Shown here: piece after piece, positions 25,916-40,922 of the stretch
Numbering within the stretch: the first letter of the stretch is position 1
Layout of the letters: every line of letters begins with the position of its first letter
Source: Octopus vulgaris
Taxonomy: Eukaryota
Length of the DNA stretch: 64,000 nucleotides
Assembly: GCA_951406725.2 (NCBI GenBank)
Contig: OX597814.1
Location: forward strand, 151,714,001-151,778,000
Reading direction: 5' to 3'
Notes under the pieces: model-generated
What the model was told of the DNA's origin: nothing
The model's input: only the letters and a program-made list of their open reading frames with translations
Databases searched by the model: none
Made by a program: the position numbers and the translations under genes

Positions 25916-26119
25916 TGGCTAAACTTGGGATTTTGGTGAGTGAACACAACTCTTTAATTCATATGCTACAAATGATCAAGATATCTGGACATTAAACATC
26001 TGCAAGACCTTCCTAATATCTAAAGGATAGTGTTTAAAATAGGTTGCTTTCCTTCACCCCTTGTTACCAAGTAAGGGTCCAGTCAAAATGTATTCTAACG
26101 TAAAAAGAGAAAGGGAAAA

Positions 26120-29100
26120 TACATACATACATACGCAATTTGCTGCGACACAGTTTCCATCTACCTAATTTTACACAAGGCATTTGTAAGATGTAATCTA
26201 TGGTAGACAACAGTTGTGCAAGGTATGACACAGTGGGTCGATCGGGAACCATGTAGTTTGAAGTTAACTCCATAACCACAATTATTCTTCTATCCTGTAG
26301 AATATGAAACAATATTTACTTGCTGTAAGGAAAGTTTCTATTCAAAAAAACGAAATATATCAGATAAATATAGACACTCACTTCAGAATTGCTTGATGCC
26401 TTTAAACATGATATGATCAATAAAAGTAACTGCCTTTTTCTCAGCATTTACTGTGAAGGTCTCCTGATAATGGGGTACATATAAGTGATTTGCTATTATA
26501 CACTTTTCTTAATATCTGTGCTTGTTCGAGTCCCATTTACTTGCGTTCAAAATGAGTCCCATCATTACGAGACACCCTCCCTGTGTGGGACTATTTTACA
26601 CAGAAGCTTTTCTGTTAAAGTGTGTTGGTGTGGTTTGAAAAAGATGGCCGACAGAGTAGGGTAATACTCATTGGCTTGTCTTTACGCAGTTGTTGTTGCT
26701 TATCCCCAATTCAGCCCAGTTCAAACAAATCTATGATTAGATTAATGCCATGTTGCTGCTTTAGCGTGCGGTCTACCGCAGTATTTGTGGTCCAGGTTGT
26801 CAAATGACCTGGTCTAAGTTAAGAATGGGGTTGGGATTTAGGGTTGTGCTAGAGTTTTGGATTAGGGTTAGGGTTTAGGGTCAGTTAGAGTTAGAGATTT
26901 GGGTTACAGTTACGGTTTACTGTTAGAGTTAACGTTAGGGTTAGACTTCACGCATAAAGTATATATGTCCAGGTAGACCGCATGCTAAAAAGGTGCCAAT
27001 GACATTTCAGTCGCGATCTCCTGGCCTTTTAGAAATATGTAGGGCTACAATATCCAAAATATTATTTCCTTATTTAATTTGGTAAAATGTGGTTAGGTGC
27101 AGAATAATCTACTTTTCTAATAGGTCATGTGACCACGTAGAGCTTCTCTGTTGAACTTTGAGGCAGCTATTTACTGTGTTTAAATATATATTGAAAACTT
27201 TAAAACGTTTCTCTACTAAAATAACTGCAATGTCTATAGATATTAGACCCAAACAAATACTTAGATATTATCTTATTATGATATCCATTTCTTATATAGC
27301 ACAGAATAGACTGAAGATATGACTATATATGACTATGAATGCTGAAATAAAAGAATATCACATCTCTATGCTTTTAAACATCTATATTTTTATCATTTCA
27401 TTTTAGATTGTGAGTGGTCTTAATGTTAATTGTGGCATATACCTCCGATAAAACCCAAATATCAAGTTTTCAAGATATTATATTAGTTTTCTACGGAAAG
27501 AAAATTCGTGCGTTGTCATCTGTAACTATCCTTCTTAAATTGTATTTTTACTGCGTTACTTCATTAGTATTGACTGGGGACCAAATAGAAAAATGTAAGT
27601 AAATGTTATAATTTATAGTTTTTTTTTAATGAACAGACCATTGGGTGATATAATTTCTTTAAAAGTTTTCAGAAGTTTTATTTTGATTGGACTGTAGCGT
27701 GTGGTTTGACAGGACTTGGTGGTAGTTAATATACATATTTATTGCCACAATTGTACGGGGTTTCATGAAAAACAGACAGCGTCAAATTATAAAAAAGTCC
27801 TCATGATTAAACTGATTTGCACACTGCTGCAAAAACGTATGGCGTTGATTCTTCATCATCTCCGTGCTGGTATATAGCTGTGAAAATAGCTATTAGGAAA
27901 ATCGCGCTGGTTTGAGTATGGAAATGTGAGAACAGCCTAAGAGGTAAATTTGTCTACGACTGAAGCGAGGGAAGACCGAATTGTTTCTGGTCAAAATCGT
28001 ACCGAAATTGGTGTCTTATAAAGCCGTCGCTATAGGAATTTTCTACAATTACCACGTGAACACTTGACCCCCATTAACTGAAAACGGGGTATACATACAT
28101 GATTAAAGCGAGAATCACATGCGACCGAACATGAAAAGGAAAATGAAATCAACCGCCATTGGACCGACTTTTACTTTATGAAGAAGTGCGTGCAGAAAGT
28201 CCATTTCATATTTAGTTTCTTTGAAGCAATAATTTCAGTTCAACCGCAGATTCGTTTTTAAGACATATTGCATTAACTCTGTAGATAATAAAATCATAAG
28301 ATTTCAATCCCATACCCATTTCGATCTAAGCTGATTCTTTTCAGGATGATGTAGAATTTCAAACCATTTATAAGAATTGAGGTAGATACAGAAAGACATT
28401 GAACCTTTTTTTTTCTCTCTCTGTCTTAAAGTAGAAGTATAAATAGAGTGAAAGGATAAGAGCATAGCAGGATTTTCTTTTTCCCCGCTATAGGCTTTAG
28501 CGGCGATTCAGTTATTGCAGTATCGGGTAAACATCTTGATTGAGCACGCATTCTCTTATTTTATTTGGTAATAAATGCATAGAGAACGAATTTTAAAATG
28601 TGTTTGCGGGAATTGTGCAAAGCAAGTTGTTACATTGAAAGTGTCAACCGAAGGTTATGTTTTGACTCTGCGTAGTGAGATATAGTTTGTTATTTTCTTT
28701 TTATATATTTTTTCTTCGCGTTCTTTATCATACGAAGTACTCCATTTATTATCGGTCGCTTTTACTTTCATTATTACTAACCAGAGGACGGCAGCGAGTA
28801 GCGGAATCGTTATCACGCCGGGCAAAATGCTTAGCGGCATTTCGTCCGTCTTTACGGTCTGAGTTCAAACTCCGCCGAAGTTGACTTTGCCTTTGATCCT
28901 TTAGGGGTCAATAAATTAAATACCAGTTACGCACTGAGGTCAATGTAATCGACTAGACCCCCTCCTCTCAAATTTCAGACCTTGTACTTAAAGTAGAAAG
29001 GATTATTAATAAACCGAGGTCAGGCGGCGAGCTGGCAAAATCGTTAGCAAGATACTTAGCTTGCCTTTACGTCTTTGCATTGATTGAAACTGCAATTGCA

Positions 29101-32100
29101 TTTGAATTACCAATGATCATTCTAATCTGCATATATCTCGTTGCGCACTGCTGCTATGATCTATATTTCCGGTCATGTGTCTATCAGATTGTCGGGTATG
29201 CGTTTTACATTGATTTTAATGCTCTCCTTGAAGAAAGGTCTTTTCTTTTTGAAAGCCTTGCATCTTCTTCAAATAGGTTTCAGCTTTTAGGGTAAAGACC
29301 AATTTATTATCGCTAATCAATGATTTTCTTATTGCATCTTGTAACCAAATGAAAAATGACTAATATTTCCTCCAAACTTTGCTTTTGTTACGATATTTAT
29401 TCAAACTCCAAAAATTCCCTGTCAACACATGGCTATGATGTTCACCCACTACTCTTACTTATGATCAGAGATGCACATATTGTCCGGCACTAATAGACAT
29501 GCTCAAGTAGTTAAGGTTAAGCAAATGAGCAGCAAATCTGTGGTATTAAGCAGAATATTTGCTATAAAGAGATTTCTGCTCAGCAACTCAATGCTGACCC
29601 TGTCTGAAATGTTATAGAAAATAAGTCAGTTTCAAAGTGTTGATGTGCAGGCCACAAATGCAAAGTTTGAAGATAATAGTAGTCATTTCCTTTGATTTCT
29701 AGACAGAAGCAGATAGGAAATAACACTTACTGACCAAAGACAAAAAAGAGGCAAAATTTTCGTTACATAGTGCTATTTGCCGCTTGCTAGTGTTTTCAGG
29801 AAAAGATTTGAGAATATTTAATACAGAACAAACAAACAAACAAAATTATATCTATATACCATCAGAATATTTGTAATATTGATTTCAAATTTTGGCACAA
29901 GGCCAGAAATTTCAGAGCGAGACAGATTGCTGATTACATCGACCCCAGTGTTCAACTGGTACTTACTTTCTTGTCCTCGAAACTATGAGAAACAAAGTCA
30001 ACCGCGGCGTTGTTTGAACTCAGAACACAAAGACAGATGAAATGCCGCTAAGCCTTTTTGTGAGGCGTGCTAACATTTCTGCCAGTTCGGCACTTTAAGA
30101 GTATTTATAATATTAAAGATGGTTGAATTGAATACAAACTAGAATATGAATAAATTCTGAAATTGCATTCTAAAATGTCTACTTAACAAAACGGTTAATC
30201 CCGAAAAAAAAATGTGATGTTTAAACAATTTACCTTTCTTTAAATTTTTTTGCTTTTGTTTCATTTTTATCTTTATTTATGTATTTATTCACTTATAATT
30301 TTCATCAACCGTGACTTTTACTGCAATCAACAAGTATGGTATACACGAAGAGAGTTTATAACAGTAATTATTACGATAATCATCTTACCATTAAACTTTC
30401 AAAAATTTACTAACTATCTGAAATATGTCAGGTTAATTGTACAATACATTCTCATTTCGTATTTTATTTCTTAGAAAAAGATTATTGTTGTTGTTTTATG
30501 GCAAAAAAAAAAAAACCGACTGAGATTTTGTAATTACACAAACCTTTTATTTTATTAAACTTTACCATTTGGTACGTTCAGGAATCTCTTTTACAAATAT
30601 TAATTGGGCTAACTTTTACCCTGAACAAACAAGCTCCATTTATTATCAGTGGTCGTACTTAATTTATCTGCTATAAAACGCAAGAAGGCAATAATAACTA
30701 TAACTTAACCCCTAATTCTGCGTTATAAAACAAATTGCATTGACGCCTGCAATGTCTGTAACAAACATTTCGCACTACCATTCTGAAAGTAGTTAGAAAT
30801 CGAGTTATGTGTTTAAAATTAAACTAAAAACAAGGGATCGGAGCGGAAATATCTAAAGCTAACACCACACGTTTTATGTTACAGAAAGCACATTTGTTAT
30901 AAACTAACCACGGATCGCAACCTCAGTTCGAACGCTCTCGTATTTAGTAGTATCAACGATGACTGAACTAGAGAGAAAAACAAAAATATAGAAAACATTT
31001 TCGTATTCAGATAGAACTATGATAATATTAAAAGAATACAGTAGCTTTTGAGAATAATATTTTATTAAATCCGTTGTTTCCTGAGGATCATATATAAGGA
31101 TTGTTGGAGAATTGAATTCAAAGTTTGAATCTTTTTCGATGGGCATCACAGGTAGAACACCAAAATTATGAAGGTCTAGAGAAAGACGAATGTGTTGTTG
31201 GTTTTGATGCAGGCCTCTACATTTGTCCCCATACCTTTTTCTTAATAGCTTTCCTTTATTGTATTTCCTTCTTCTATCCTCATTTACAAGCAAGGCTACA
31301 ATTACATCTTCCTCTGGTGCCCACTGAAAGACAAGATCGAGAAACTTTTCACTTTTCCCTCCTCAAAATAATTATATTTATCGAAACAGATTGCATAATT
31401 TACAATTAACAAGTGCTGTACTTGTATTCTTAAAAAATTAGTAAAATACAAAGCAGAATTTAAGCCCAGATTTTCTTTCAAATAAATGAAGATCTTTTTT
31501 ATATTTATTATAGTACTGTCGGTACTGCAGCATTTCTGTATGTCAGCTTATTGGTTTTTGTGAAATATACACAAACGCCGTAAGTTCTCCACTTCTTATA
31601 TGCTCACTAACATTGTTCAATTCTTTTCCTTTCGTTAATCAAAATAATTGTTTTAGCAAATTTTTTGTAACTTGTCAGGTTATCAGAAATAAAAGAACAG
31701 GAGCTTATAATACAACATTAGTACTTCGATTTGGTTCATAGCTAGATTCCTCCAAGACAACACCTATTCAACATAATTCCATAAGAAATCAGCGTCAACG
31801 TAATTACTGCACAAAAATTCGACACTACTCAATATAATTATACAATGCTCGGATATAGATCTAGTGTTTATTGTACGGTTTCCTTTTTCTGTGCACATTT
31901 CAGGCAGTTTCGGTTGGCAGCATTCTTTTTAAACTTTATTCTGAAATGGCAATGCTAGACTAGATTTTGAGAAAAGTGCTTATCCACCCTGGCTGGCTCG
32001 AATAATGTCGATTTGTAGAATCTATGGCATGAAATAGCAGACGTATCACCATTTGCTTGATTGGTAGAAAGCTGTCCGTTCCTGGTAGCGACAAATGCCC

Positions 32101-33300
32101 AATATTGACCTTCACTTGATCCAGACAGCAGATCAATGAAAGAAATTAATTGTGGAAAGACATGCCCAACGAATTCTAGCAACAGCTGTTCACTGTCCAA
32201 GAACCTCTATAGTGTAGACAGCTTACGCTCTGAATGTAGATACCTCACGCTCTGAGCGTATGACTCCAAATGGATCAGACTGGTGGCCATGAACCTCCGA
32301 AACGGCACCAAAACTAGCTACACTGAGAAGAGCCACTGAGTGTTATCGAAAGCTATGAATTGATGCCAGGGGATCTGAGACCTACTGGAGCAAGTTATAT
32401 TATTCAGCTTTGCAACAGTGAAAAGCATGAGGTGGAGGTGGTTGTGAATAAATCTGATGGAAATAGCACAAGTCTGGGCGCTTCTAGCTACACCAAGTAC
32501 GACAAGCGTCAGTCTCTTCGCGAGCACTGCCCTGCACTAACTCTCAAAACTCTACACGCAGCAGAGCTATGGATCGGATGCTATCCACGATGTTTCCTTT
32601 GCTTGTGTCCTTCCTCTGTAACACTACACCTTGTCAGTCAACGTATCAGAGAATGTTCCCAGTTTTCAGCGTCATGGTAAACGTCTACGAAGTGTATGAC
32701 ACATACCCATAAAGCTCACTGAGATGAACATTCAAACCAGATTTAATTCTCATAGTGTTACGCATCTCTAACCGTTTCTTATATACTGTTATCGTTCCTC
32801 TACTGCCAACAACTGTGAAAAGCTATCGAGTTGGTATTAAACCCGTTATCTCCGATCCGTTGTTATCTCTAAGCAGCCAGGAATTGTTCTAAAAAATGCA
32901 CACATCTTCCTAGAATCGAATAGCACGTGCCGACAGCTATTCATCAAAATGGGAAGTTATTTTAACTCCGTGCCTTTTCTATTCAAACGCATTGAATGAT
33001 TTGCTTACATCTGTGTCTAAAACCACACGACTTAGCTTTGGAATCGCAATCTCCATGTTTCGCATCAAAGAAATAGTCAAAAGCTATCTTTGTCGTTGGT
33101 ATGCATGTCGCAATACAAATAGTGTTTTCCAATCTGACTACTTTACATCTCTAATATATATGCTCTTTATTATTATTCTGATATATCCTGGCAATGAAAT
33201 TTCGGAGTCAGAGAAATCTGAGTCAAAGGGAAGAGATAGGTGTGCGTACGCAAGTGAGTACTCATACGTGAGTATGTTTGTGTATGAGTGTGTACATGAA
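26120..33300 (+). pseudogene. SLC38A7-like copy C, 5'-half pseudogene (inverted paralog of 52950-58990)
   Basis: The TM1 exon is deleted at ~26452. Exon 27407-27594 has an 11-nt frameshifting deletion. Exon 30293-30431 has its acceptor AG changed to AC. Exon 31514-31579 lacks 27 nt. No downstream exons found. Confidence 0.85.
26760..26989. mobile_element. MITE-like element with internal degenerate TTAGGG repeats
   Basis: 18-bp terminal inverted repeats TTTAGCGTGCGGTCTACC / GGTAGACCGCATGCTAAA (17/18 match). Interior rich in TTAGGG/TTAGAG. Confidence 0.6.
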
Positions 33301-33316
33301 TGTACGTATGGGTATG

Positions 33317-33368
<52 letters not shown>

Positions 33369-33448
33369 TATTTATGTATATTTCTATGTAAAATGCAAAA
33401 TAAAAAATGTATTTGAGTTTAACCGTTGCCTGTGAAAATAGAGACATG

Positions 33449-33497
<49 letters not shown>

Positions 33498-33658
33498 AGA
33501 TGGATAAACTTATATATGTGTAGACTGTAAGATTATACGTATATATGTGTGTGTATATGTGTTTATATGATCGTGTGTGCTTGCACATATGTATAGGTAA
33601 GTTTATATTTGCATGTATGTATCTAAGATATATTTATTCACCGTTAGGAGTTGAAAGG

Positions 33659-33729
<71 letters not shown>

Positions 33730-34632
33730 CTTTCGACAGAATAACAGATATACATACAACATGAAGAGACACACATATCAATACATAAACACATGTTTAC
33801 ATGTACATACAAGTCGCTTCTTAAATTTCCCACCTTTCTTCTTTAATAAACATTGAATTAAATTTGCAAAGCTGTTTATTTTCTCCTTTCGATTTTTAAT
33901 GTTTATTTTAGCGGGTTACCTAACTGTGAGTTTGGTCTTCCGGCTAAAACGGTTATGACAAATTTTAAAGTTTGTTTGACATTTTGTAAGTGTGAAAGGG
34001 ATTAAAATTTCGATACTCCGTATCAAATGTTCCGACAAGAATATGCGGAAAATCAAAGCTTAAGACAAGAAGACACTTTCGTCCAATCAGAATTCTGTTT
34101 ACATAATCAGTTTGGTCGGTCATCTTCATTTGTCAGTTGAATAAAGTGTCATCCAAGCTGTAATTAATCCAATTGGTAATTAAATTTAATTTGCAATACC
34201 TGTGCGTATTTATCATCTTTGTTTTTATTGATAATTCTTATCATCAACTTTTCCTGTGATCGTGATTTGAGAAGACACAACAATATGCTAAAGATGGGAC
34301 ATAATTTTTGTGAGCAAGAAATGTAAAATAAAGTTTATTATAAACAACACAAATTCTTTGTAATTTAATAGCTTTTAATGTGATACCTGTTAAACAGAAA
34401 TTATTTTTACCTGATGAAAATGTAATAAAATGTAATCATAAGTAAGTGAAATGATGCTAAATACAACTAAATTGGAAACCTTTTTCTCCTGGCCAAAGCG
34501 GCAATTCTGAAAACTTTTTGGTGCGAATTTTACACGAGTAGAAGCTTTTTTTTAAACAATTTTTTATCCCGAAAATCACCTGCATAAATTACACAGGTGC
34601 GCAAATTACACTCGTCTAATAATATAGTCTTT

Positions 34633-34671
<39 letters not shown>

Positions 34672-35105
34672 TCTCACTTTCTCTCTCTCTCATACACACA
34701 CTCCCCCTCTTTCGTTTTCTCAATATATTAAGAAATGGTGGCCTAGCTACAGTGTGTCCCACCCGGGGTAGCCTTTGAGTTTGAAACTCCCTGACCCTAT
34801 ATTCAGGCATATACAATATACCCAAAAGTGCCATCCTCATAAAAGAATCCTTCCCCATAAAAGAGTCCTTCCTCATAAAAGTGTCACTCGGTTTGAATCC
34901 CCTCCGTGCCCTCCCATTTAGCTATGTTATCCCCATTTAGCATCTTTATGTTTTATGTTTTACTTGTTTTAGTCATTAAACTGCGGCCATGCTGGGGCAC
35001 AAACTTGGGGAATTTTTAAACGAATGAATCGACCGCAGTAGTTATGTGTTCTTTTAGAATCTTGTGCTTATTCTATCGCTATGAAAGTTTCTCTAGATTA
35101 AAATA

Positions 35106-35359
35106 TTATAAAAATTGAAATGAAATCATTTCCAGATAGGGATATGTTACAGTGGAAATGAATTCTGTGGACTTTGAAAAAGTCTCACATAACGAAGATT
35201 TACTTTTAAAATTCTGATATTCAAAAAATATGGCAATTAATGATAGTCCGACAAAAAATAATCCCGAAATAATAAAAAAAATACAAAGTCCAATGGTTGC
35301 ATTGTATTTCCAGTCTTTTTTATTCCCTCTATCTTTGGTGTAACGGTAGAGGCAGATAG
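35106..35359 (-). CDS. SLC38A7-like: SLC38A7-like copy B, terminal exon
   Basis: Reads AICLYRYTKDRGNKKDWKYNATIGLCIFFIISGLFFVGLSLIAIFFEYQNFKSKSSLCETFSKSTEFISTVTYPYLEMISFQFL, stop TAA at 35108-35106. Canonical acceptor. Confidence 0.85.
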
Positions 35360-35864
35360 CTGAAAGTCAACCAGAAACAAAAAAAATTAATCAAGCTACA
35401 ATACACGGGAGAAAAAAATGTGAAGTTTATATAATAATCATTACACAGTATAACATAATTAAACTTTTTTTTTGTTGTCTTCAGTCAGTTAGTGTTGTTT
35501 CATATTTGCTTCTATCTTTGAATTAAAGGAAATAACTACTATTGCCTTCAGACCTTGCTTTTGTGACTTAGACATCAATATAGAAACTCGTCAACTTCAA
35601 TTTCTATCTAGACAGGGGTTACCAAATATTAAAGGATTAACTTTTATTTAGTATTTTCATATTTTGCAAAGTTTTGATGCAAAATCTTGTGTTGAAGGAT
35701 CTATTATACTTTCTACGTTGTGTATAAATGTGCTTCTCGCAAGGAGAGGCAACTTAAATTTCATACTCCCGCAGAAACAGAGAAAATGCTTCCAAAATAT
35801 ACGCATCAACGAGTAAGAAGCCATAAGAATGGCAACAGCCACTTGCACGTCTCATTATAAAGAT

Positions 35865-37320
35865 TACTATTTCTGAACTGATGCCTTGCCTTTGCCTTCC
35901 TTAATACTAAACTGAGAAGGATCAAACATAAGACAAATATTAAAGAGGATAACGAGTCTCCTTGGAAAATTCCTCTCTTGATATTAATCTTTCCTAAAAC
36001 TTAGTAGAGATCTACTTTCCATTTCTTCATGCTAAAGCTAATTAATTCTCTTATGTTGTTTGCTTTGCTGAATATACTCAAACATTTATTTAAACATGAG
36101 TGTGAGATCATGTCATAAGCGTTCTTGTAATCTTTCCATGCTATTGTTCTTTCTAGCTTTTATTTCATTTCGAATTGCTTCATGGATCATACGTTCTTCT
36201 AGCCTTCTTCCTGTAACCTTTCTGTTCTGGCAGTTAAGTCTTGTTACCAAGGAGCACGTAAATGCTTTCTGAAAGCATTCCAGTCAACAGCTTCAACACT
36301 AATGGTAAGCAAGTGATTGGCCTATAATTGCTTGCTGTATTACCTTAGCTTTTATCTTTCATAAGGAGTATTGTTCTTCCTCTGGTCATCCAATCTGGTA
36401 TTATTCTTACATTAAGGCAATACTGAAGTTGTTCCCTCAGCCTCCCATGTAAACTACTAAATTTCTTTAACCAGTACCCTTCAACTAAATCTGGTCCTAG
36501 GCCCTTCCACTTTGGCATTTTTCCTAATACTTTACTCATGAATGCACTAGTTAGTCTTATATCTGGCTGCTGCTTCTTACTCACTACTTCTGCCCTCACT
36601 TTTTAAAACCATATTGCATCTCCAAATATTACTCCAGAAGGTTCTAGCTTCTTCTATATTATATTTCTCATTTTCAGTACTTTCTTCTCCATTATTCATT
36701 TAGTTATAAAATCTACTCTGGTCTGTCTCAAATAATCTATTCTGTTGATACTGATCTATTCTTTTCTGATATCTGGAAAGCTTATCTGCTATTGCTATGA
36801 TGCGTTGCTTCACCTCTTCTATGACTGTTCCAAATCCTTTCTCTTTGAGTAAGTATCTTTTCTCAAGAGAAGATTTAAATCTTGTGTTTTCTAGATTATT
36901 CAGTTTCCAGGCTTCTATTCTACTCAGATCTTGTCTTAAAGTCTTCACTTTATTTTGTAATCTCCTTTTTCACATTTGCTCTTTTCTATCTTTCCTTGTA
37001 GAATATCTAATCTTCTAGTAACTACAACCCCTCCTGTATATATCAATAAGTTAGTGTTTCCTATATTTTCAGCGTTGTTATTTGTCTTTCCTACTGCCTG
37101 GTTTTCTTTTCCCGGTTCTTTTGTGATCTCTTCCACCGTTAATTCTATCATCCACTTTCTTCTCCTAATAGCATTAGTTTGATCTGCTAGTCTCTACTCA
37201 GTCACTTTAAATATACCCTTCTCTACCCAAAGTGTTGACATCCATTTTATATAACCCCTTCTTTTACGTTCATTTTCTAAGTAGCATTGCATCATTATCC
37301 TGTTTTCTTCCCTGATCCAC
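35865..37320 (-). mobile_element. Paralogous copy of the decayed Dong/R4 LINE
   Basis: ORFs 36345-36599 and 36700-36948 match 8357-8638 and 8037-8282. Confidence 0.8.
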
Positions 37321-39677
37321 ATCAACTCGAAGATGGCGAGCTGACAGTCGTTTCCAGGTCGGATCAAATGCTTAGTGCAATTTCTTCCGTCTCTTTATGT
37401 TCTGAGTTCGGATGCAACTGAGTTACTACTTTGTATTTCATCCTTTTGGAGCCTATAAAATAGGTATTTGTTGAGCATACTGAGTTTAATGTTATCGACA
37501 ACTCCACCTCCCCTAATATACTTGGCCTTGTGCCAAAATTTGAAACTTTAATTAATCATCTAGGTTATCAGTAAGTGAACTTAAAACTGGCGCTCAGTTG
37601 ATTACGGCGATGCGGGTTTCTGTTGATCTTATCAAAAGAAAAGCCTGCTTTCATGAAATTAACTTGCAAGTGGCTGAGTACTCCACAGACACGTACACCA
37701 TTAACGTAGTTCTCAGGGAGATTCAGAGTGACATAGGACATGGCAATGTTGGCTCTTCGAAATACACGAACTATTAATTTTTGCCAGTTGAGTGGACTGG
37801 AACAACATGAAATAAAGTGTCTTACTCAAAGGCATAATAGACCGCCAGGTATCGAACTCAAGACCTTACGATTTTGAGCAGACTACCCTAACTGCTTAAC
37901 CACGCGCCTTCACAAGTTAACTAATTAAGCATTTAACGAATCGATTGCATGACCAATCGTTGGATAAGTCAATCAGTTGGTTTGTTAGAGTCTTTCCGTT
38001 GCCATTTGCAATGTCATCGATAAAGTCCTCGTCGTTCCAGGTCTAGTCAGGAGACAAAGCTCTACTTATGGCCCTTTATAGAGCCTTCGACACCGATGGT
38101 AGTGAGTACGGGTGGTAACTTCAAACTGGAGACGTGTTCTGAATGTCTGCAACAGAGGGAATCCCACCAGAAGCTCTTAAGGTGCCGTATGGTGATGCTA
38201 AACAAGATAACAAGATAACTACACCCAAGTAGGCTACAGAAGGCAAAGAGCTGAAATGAGCATTGCAAAGTGATTCGTTTTAAAATCTTGCCAATTTACC
38301 ATCTTGGATAAGTAATATTTTTTTTTAATGGACACCAGTATTCTTTGATAATGTATTTAGTAGCTCTATGTCTATCTGTTTGTCTGTCATAATTCAGTTT
38401 ATTTCAAGATTTCTTGTTAATAGAAAAAAAGCCGGTTTTTAACCTAGAGCCAAAGCTCATTCACTGAAATTTGAACATCAACAGGGTATTTCTGCATGTG
38501 TATGCGTACATGTGCAGTATTTGGAGTCAGTACATGTGCAGATTTGTATATTTTGTTTTATGTGTGTATTCTCAGACATATAATTGCATGTCTAGACATG
38601 AACAAAGATATTTAACTGATAAACTTCTGGACAGTTTTACAGACTCATAGTTCCAGTGATGGCTTGGATCTGTAGTCTTCGAATCAGCTTTCTCCTTTCT
38701 GATTATAGAAGCTTAATTTCTCAAGATTGGTACATACGCAGTGTGTTACCTATCTTAGCGCCCCAATAATTATAGGTATCATTGTGAACTTGTAATCTGC
38801 GTAGAGTAACTGTAGATTTCCCAATAGTTCAGCGTAGGTATTTTCTTTTTCTCTGATCATTAGCTTCATGTTAACATCTGCCGAGCAGTTGATTTCCACC
38901 ACTATGTATGTATGTGGAGTCTGTGATAGAGGATGTGAGATTTGTGCTTTATGAACGAGAAAAATAGTAGCTGTGCTTTCTGTGTTGTTCTTGATTTTAG
39001 ATTCTGTTCAGCACTAACGAAGAAGACCTTTGATTAAAGGTGCTCCAAAAATGATAATATTGTGGTTTTGTATAGGAACTGCATTATTCAATATATTTAT
39101 TTCAGGCCGCAGAGTGTGGCTTATGAAAAATTTGGCTGCTATTTCTAGTAGAGTAAGCGATCACGTAGAAGCTCTCTCGCTAGTTAGTGATTTTAATACA
39201 AGTTGGTGTATGAAATCAAGTTTGCAGCAGATATGCTAACTGTATGACGAATTTAATTTGAATTTAGTTATAAATCTGATTCTATGGTGTAATGGTTATC
39301 ACTTTGGGCTCTGAATCCAACAATCTGATTTCCAGTTTCGGTAGAACCTAATTTTTTCCACAGCGGCTTTCCTGCATGAGTGCAGATGCATGGCCGAAAT
39401 GCATCAAAAGAATAACGCATTGAATTTATTAACACTAATTTGGGGTTGAATATAATTTGGTTTCTGAATATTCTGCACAATTTTATATTTTCTTACACTT
39501 TGACAAAATCTCAGAAACTCTTTCATAACATCACTGAAATACGCTATAGCTTGTCTGGTGCTTTCTAGAATTAATACTGTATCACAAGATGTTAAAAATT
39601 GGCAAAGAATTGCTTTAGGATATTTTAGACAAATTTTTCGGTAAGATACAAATAAAATATTTGGAAGCCAGACATAC

Positions 39678-39877
39678 CTGGGAGTATAAACGTAAGGGTA
39701 GTGGTGAATGGTCCCAAAAATGAGATAAAATATCTAATATTTGATAAAAATATAGCCATCAAAGTATTAGAGGCAATCCAAAATGATGTAATTACGATAG
39801 TATGAATATTTTCTTTTCGTTCTGTTTCTTCATCGGAAAATTGCCAGTATTGACACCATAAGCTCCGGACAGCAGAT
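39678..39877 (-). CDS. SLC38A7-like: SLC38A7-like copy B, penultimate exon
   Basis: 200 nt with AG/GT sites. RSAVRSLW...LMAIFLSNIRYFISFLGPFTTTLTFILP. Confidence 0.9.
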
Positions 39878-40922
39878 CTGAAAAATACCTAAAGTGTTAT
39901 AGGAACTTCTAACTGATTATTGAAAATGCAAAAAAAAAAAAAAACCCAGAAAAAAACAACCTTTTTGATAAGGTAATTCTTAGCCCACTCTTAAATTTCA
40001 ATTATATCATTCTAAATTCTAAAGCCAGCCATTGCCCACGATCGAGTATGGTTTGGTAACATGTACCTATTTCTTTATTACCCTCAAGGGGCTAAACATA
40101 GAGGGGACAAACAAGGACAAATATAGGTATTAAGTCGATTACATCGACCCCAGTGCGGAACCGGTACTTAATTTATCGACTCGAAAGGATGAAAGGAAAA
40201 GTCAACCTCGGCGGAATTTGAACTCAGAACGTAACGTCAGACGAAATACCGCTAAGCATTTCATCCGGTGTGCTAACGTTTCTGCCAGCTCGCCGTTTGG
40301 CAACATGTACCATGCTTTCGCTAACTGTTTTAGGTGCCTGTGGAGTCGTGAGCAGATATAGATACCATCTCGACACTCTCACATTTGACTCAGCAACGCA
40401 TACACAATGTGACTACTGCAGAGAGATCGAGAGAACGACTTGCTCAAGGACATAACACTCCGTCCACTCTGACACTGAATGCACAGTATTATGATCGTGA
40501 ACCATTAGGTAACGCACCATAACTACTGGTCTGACCAGAAAATATAATGTAACTTCATTTTATTGCCTTGACCATTAAGGTTTGTTAATCTAAAATTTAA
40601 CGTAATTCATTCCGTTATCAAATTTCAGTTACATACAAACTAAAACAAAATATTTACTTTAGGATAAAAATGGCTCAATCGAATTACAGATTTTTTAAAA
40701 GTTATATTTTATGTTGTTTTCCTGAAAGTATTGCTTCCTCGATTGAACCAGAAAGCTCTGTTAAATGTGAACGGATGATATACATAAATAATTTTCTCAA
40801 CCAGCACAGAAAAATACTCCCACAAAACAGCTATTTGTAAGTACAGACTTGCAAATCAGTCAACCATGTCTACTTATATGAGTTTCATTTCACAAGTAGA
40901 ACGAAATCATAACAATGTTTTG

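Noticed and set aside
31900-33130. ORFs 32318-32680 mirrored at 53724-54092
   Set aside because: Intronic sequence shared by copies C and B, possibly an old transposon relic, with no identifiable motif.
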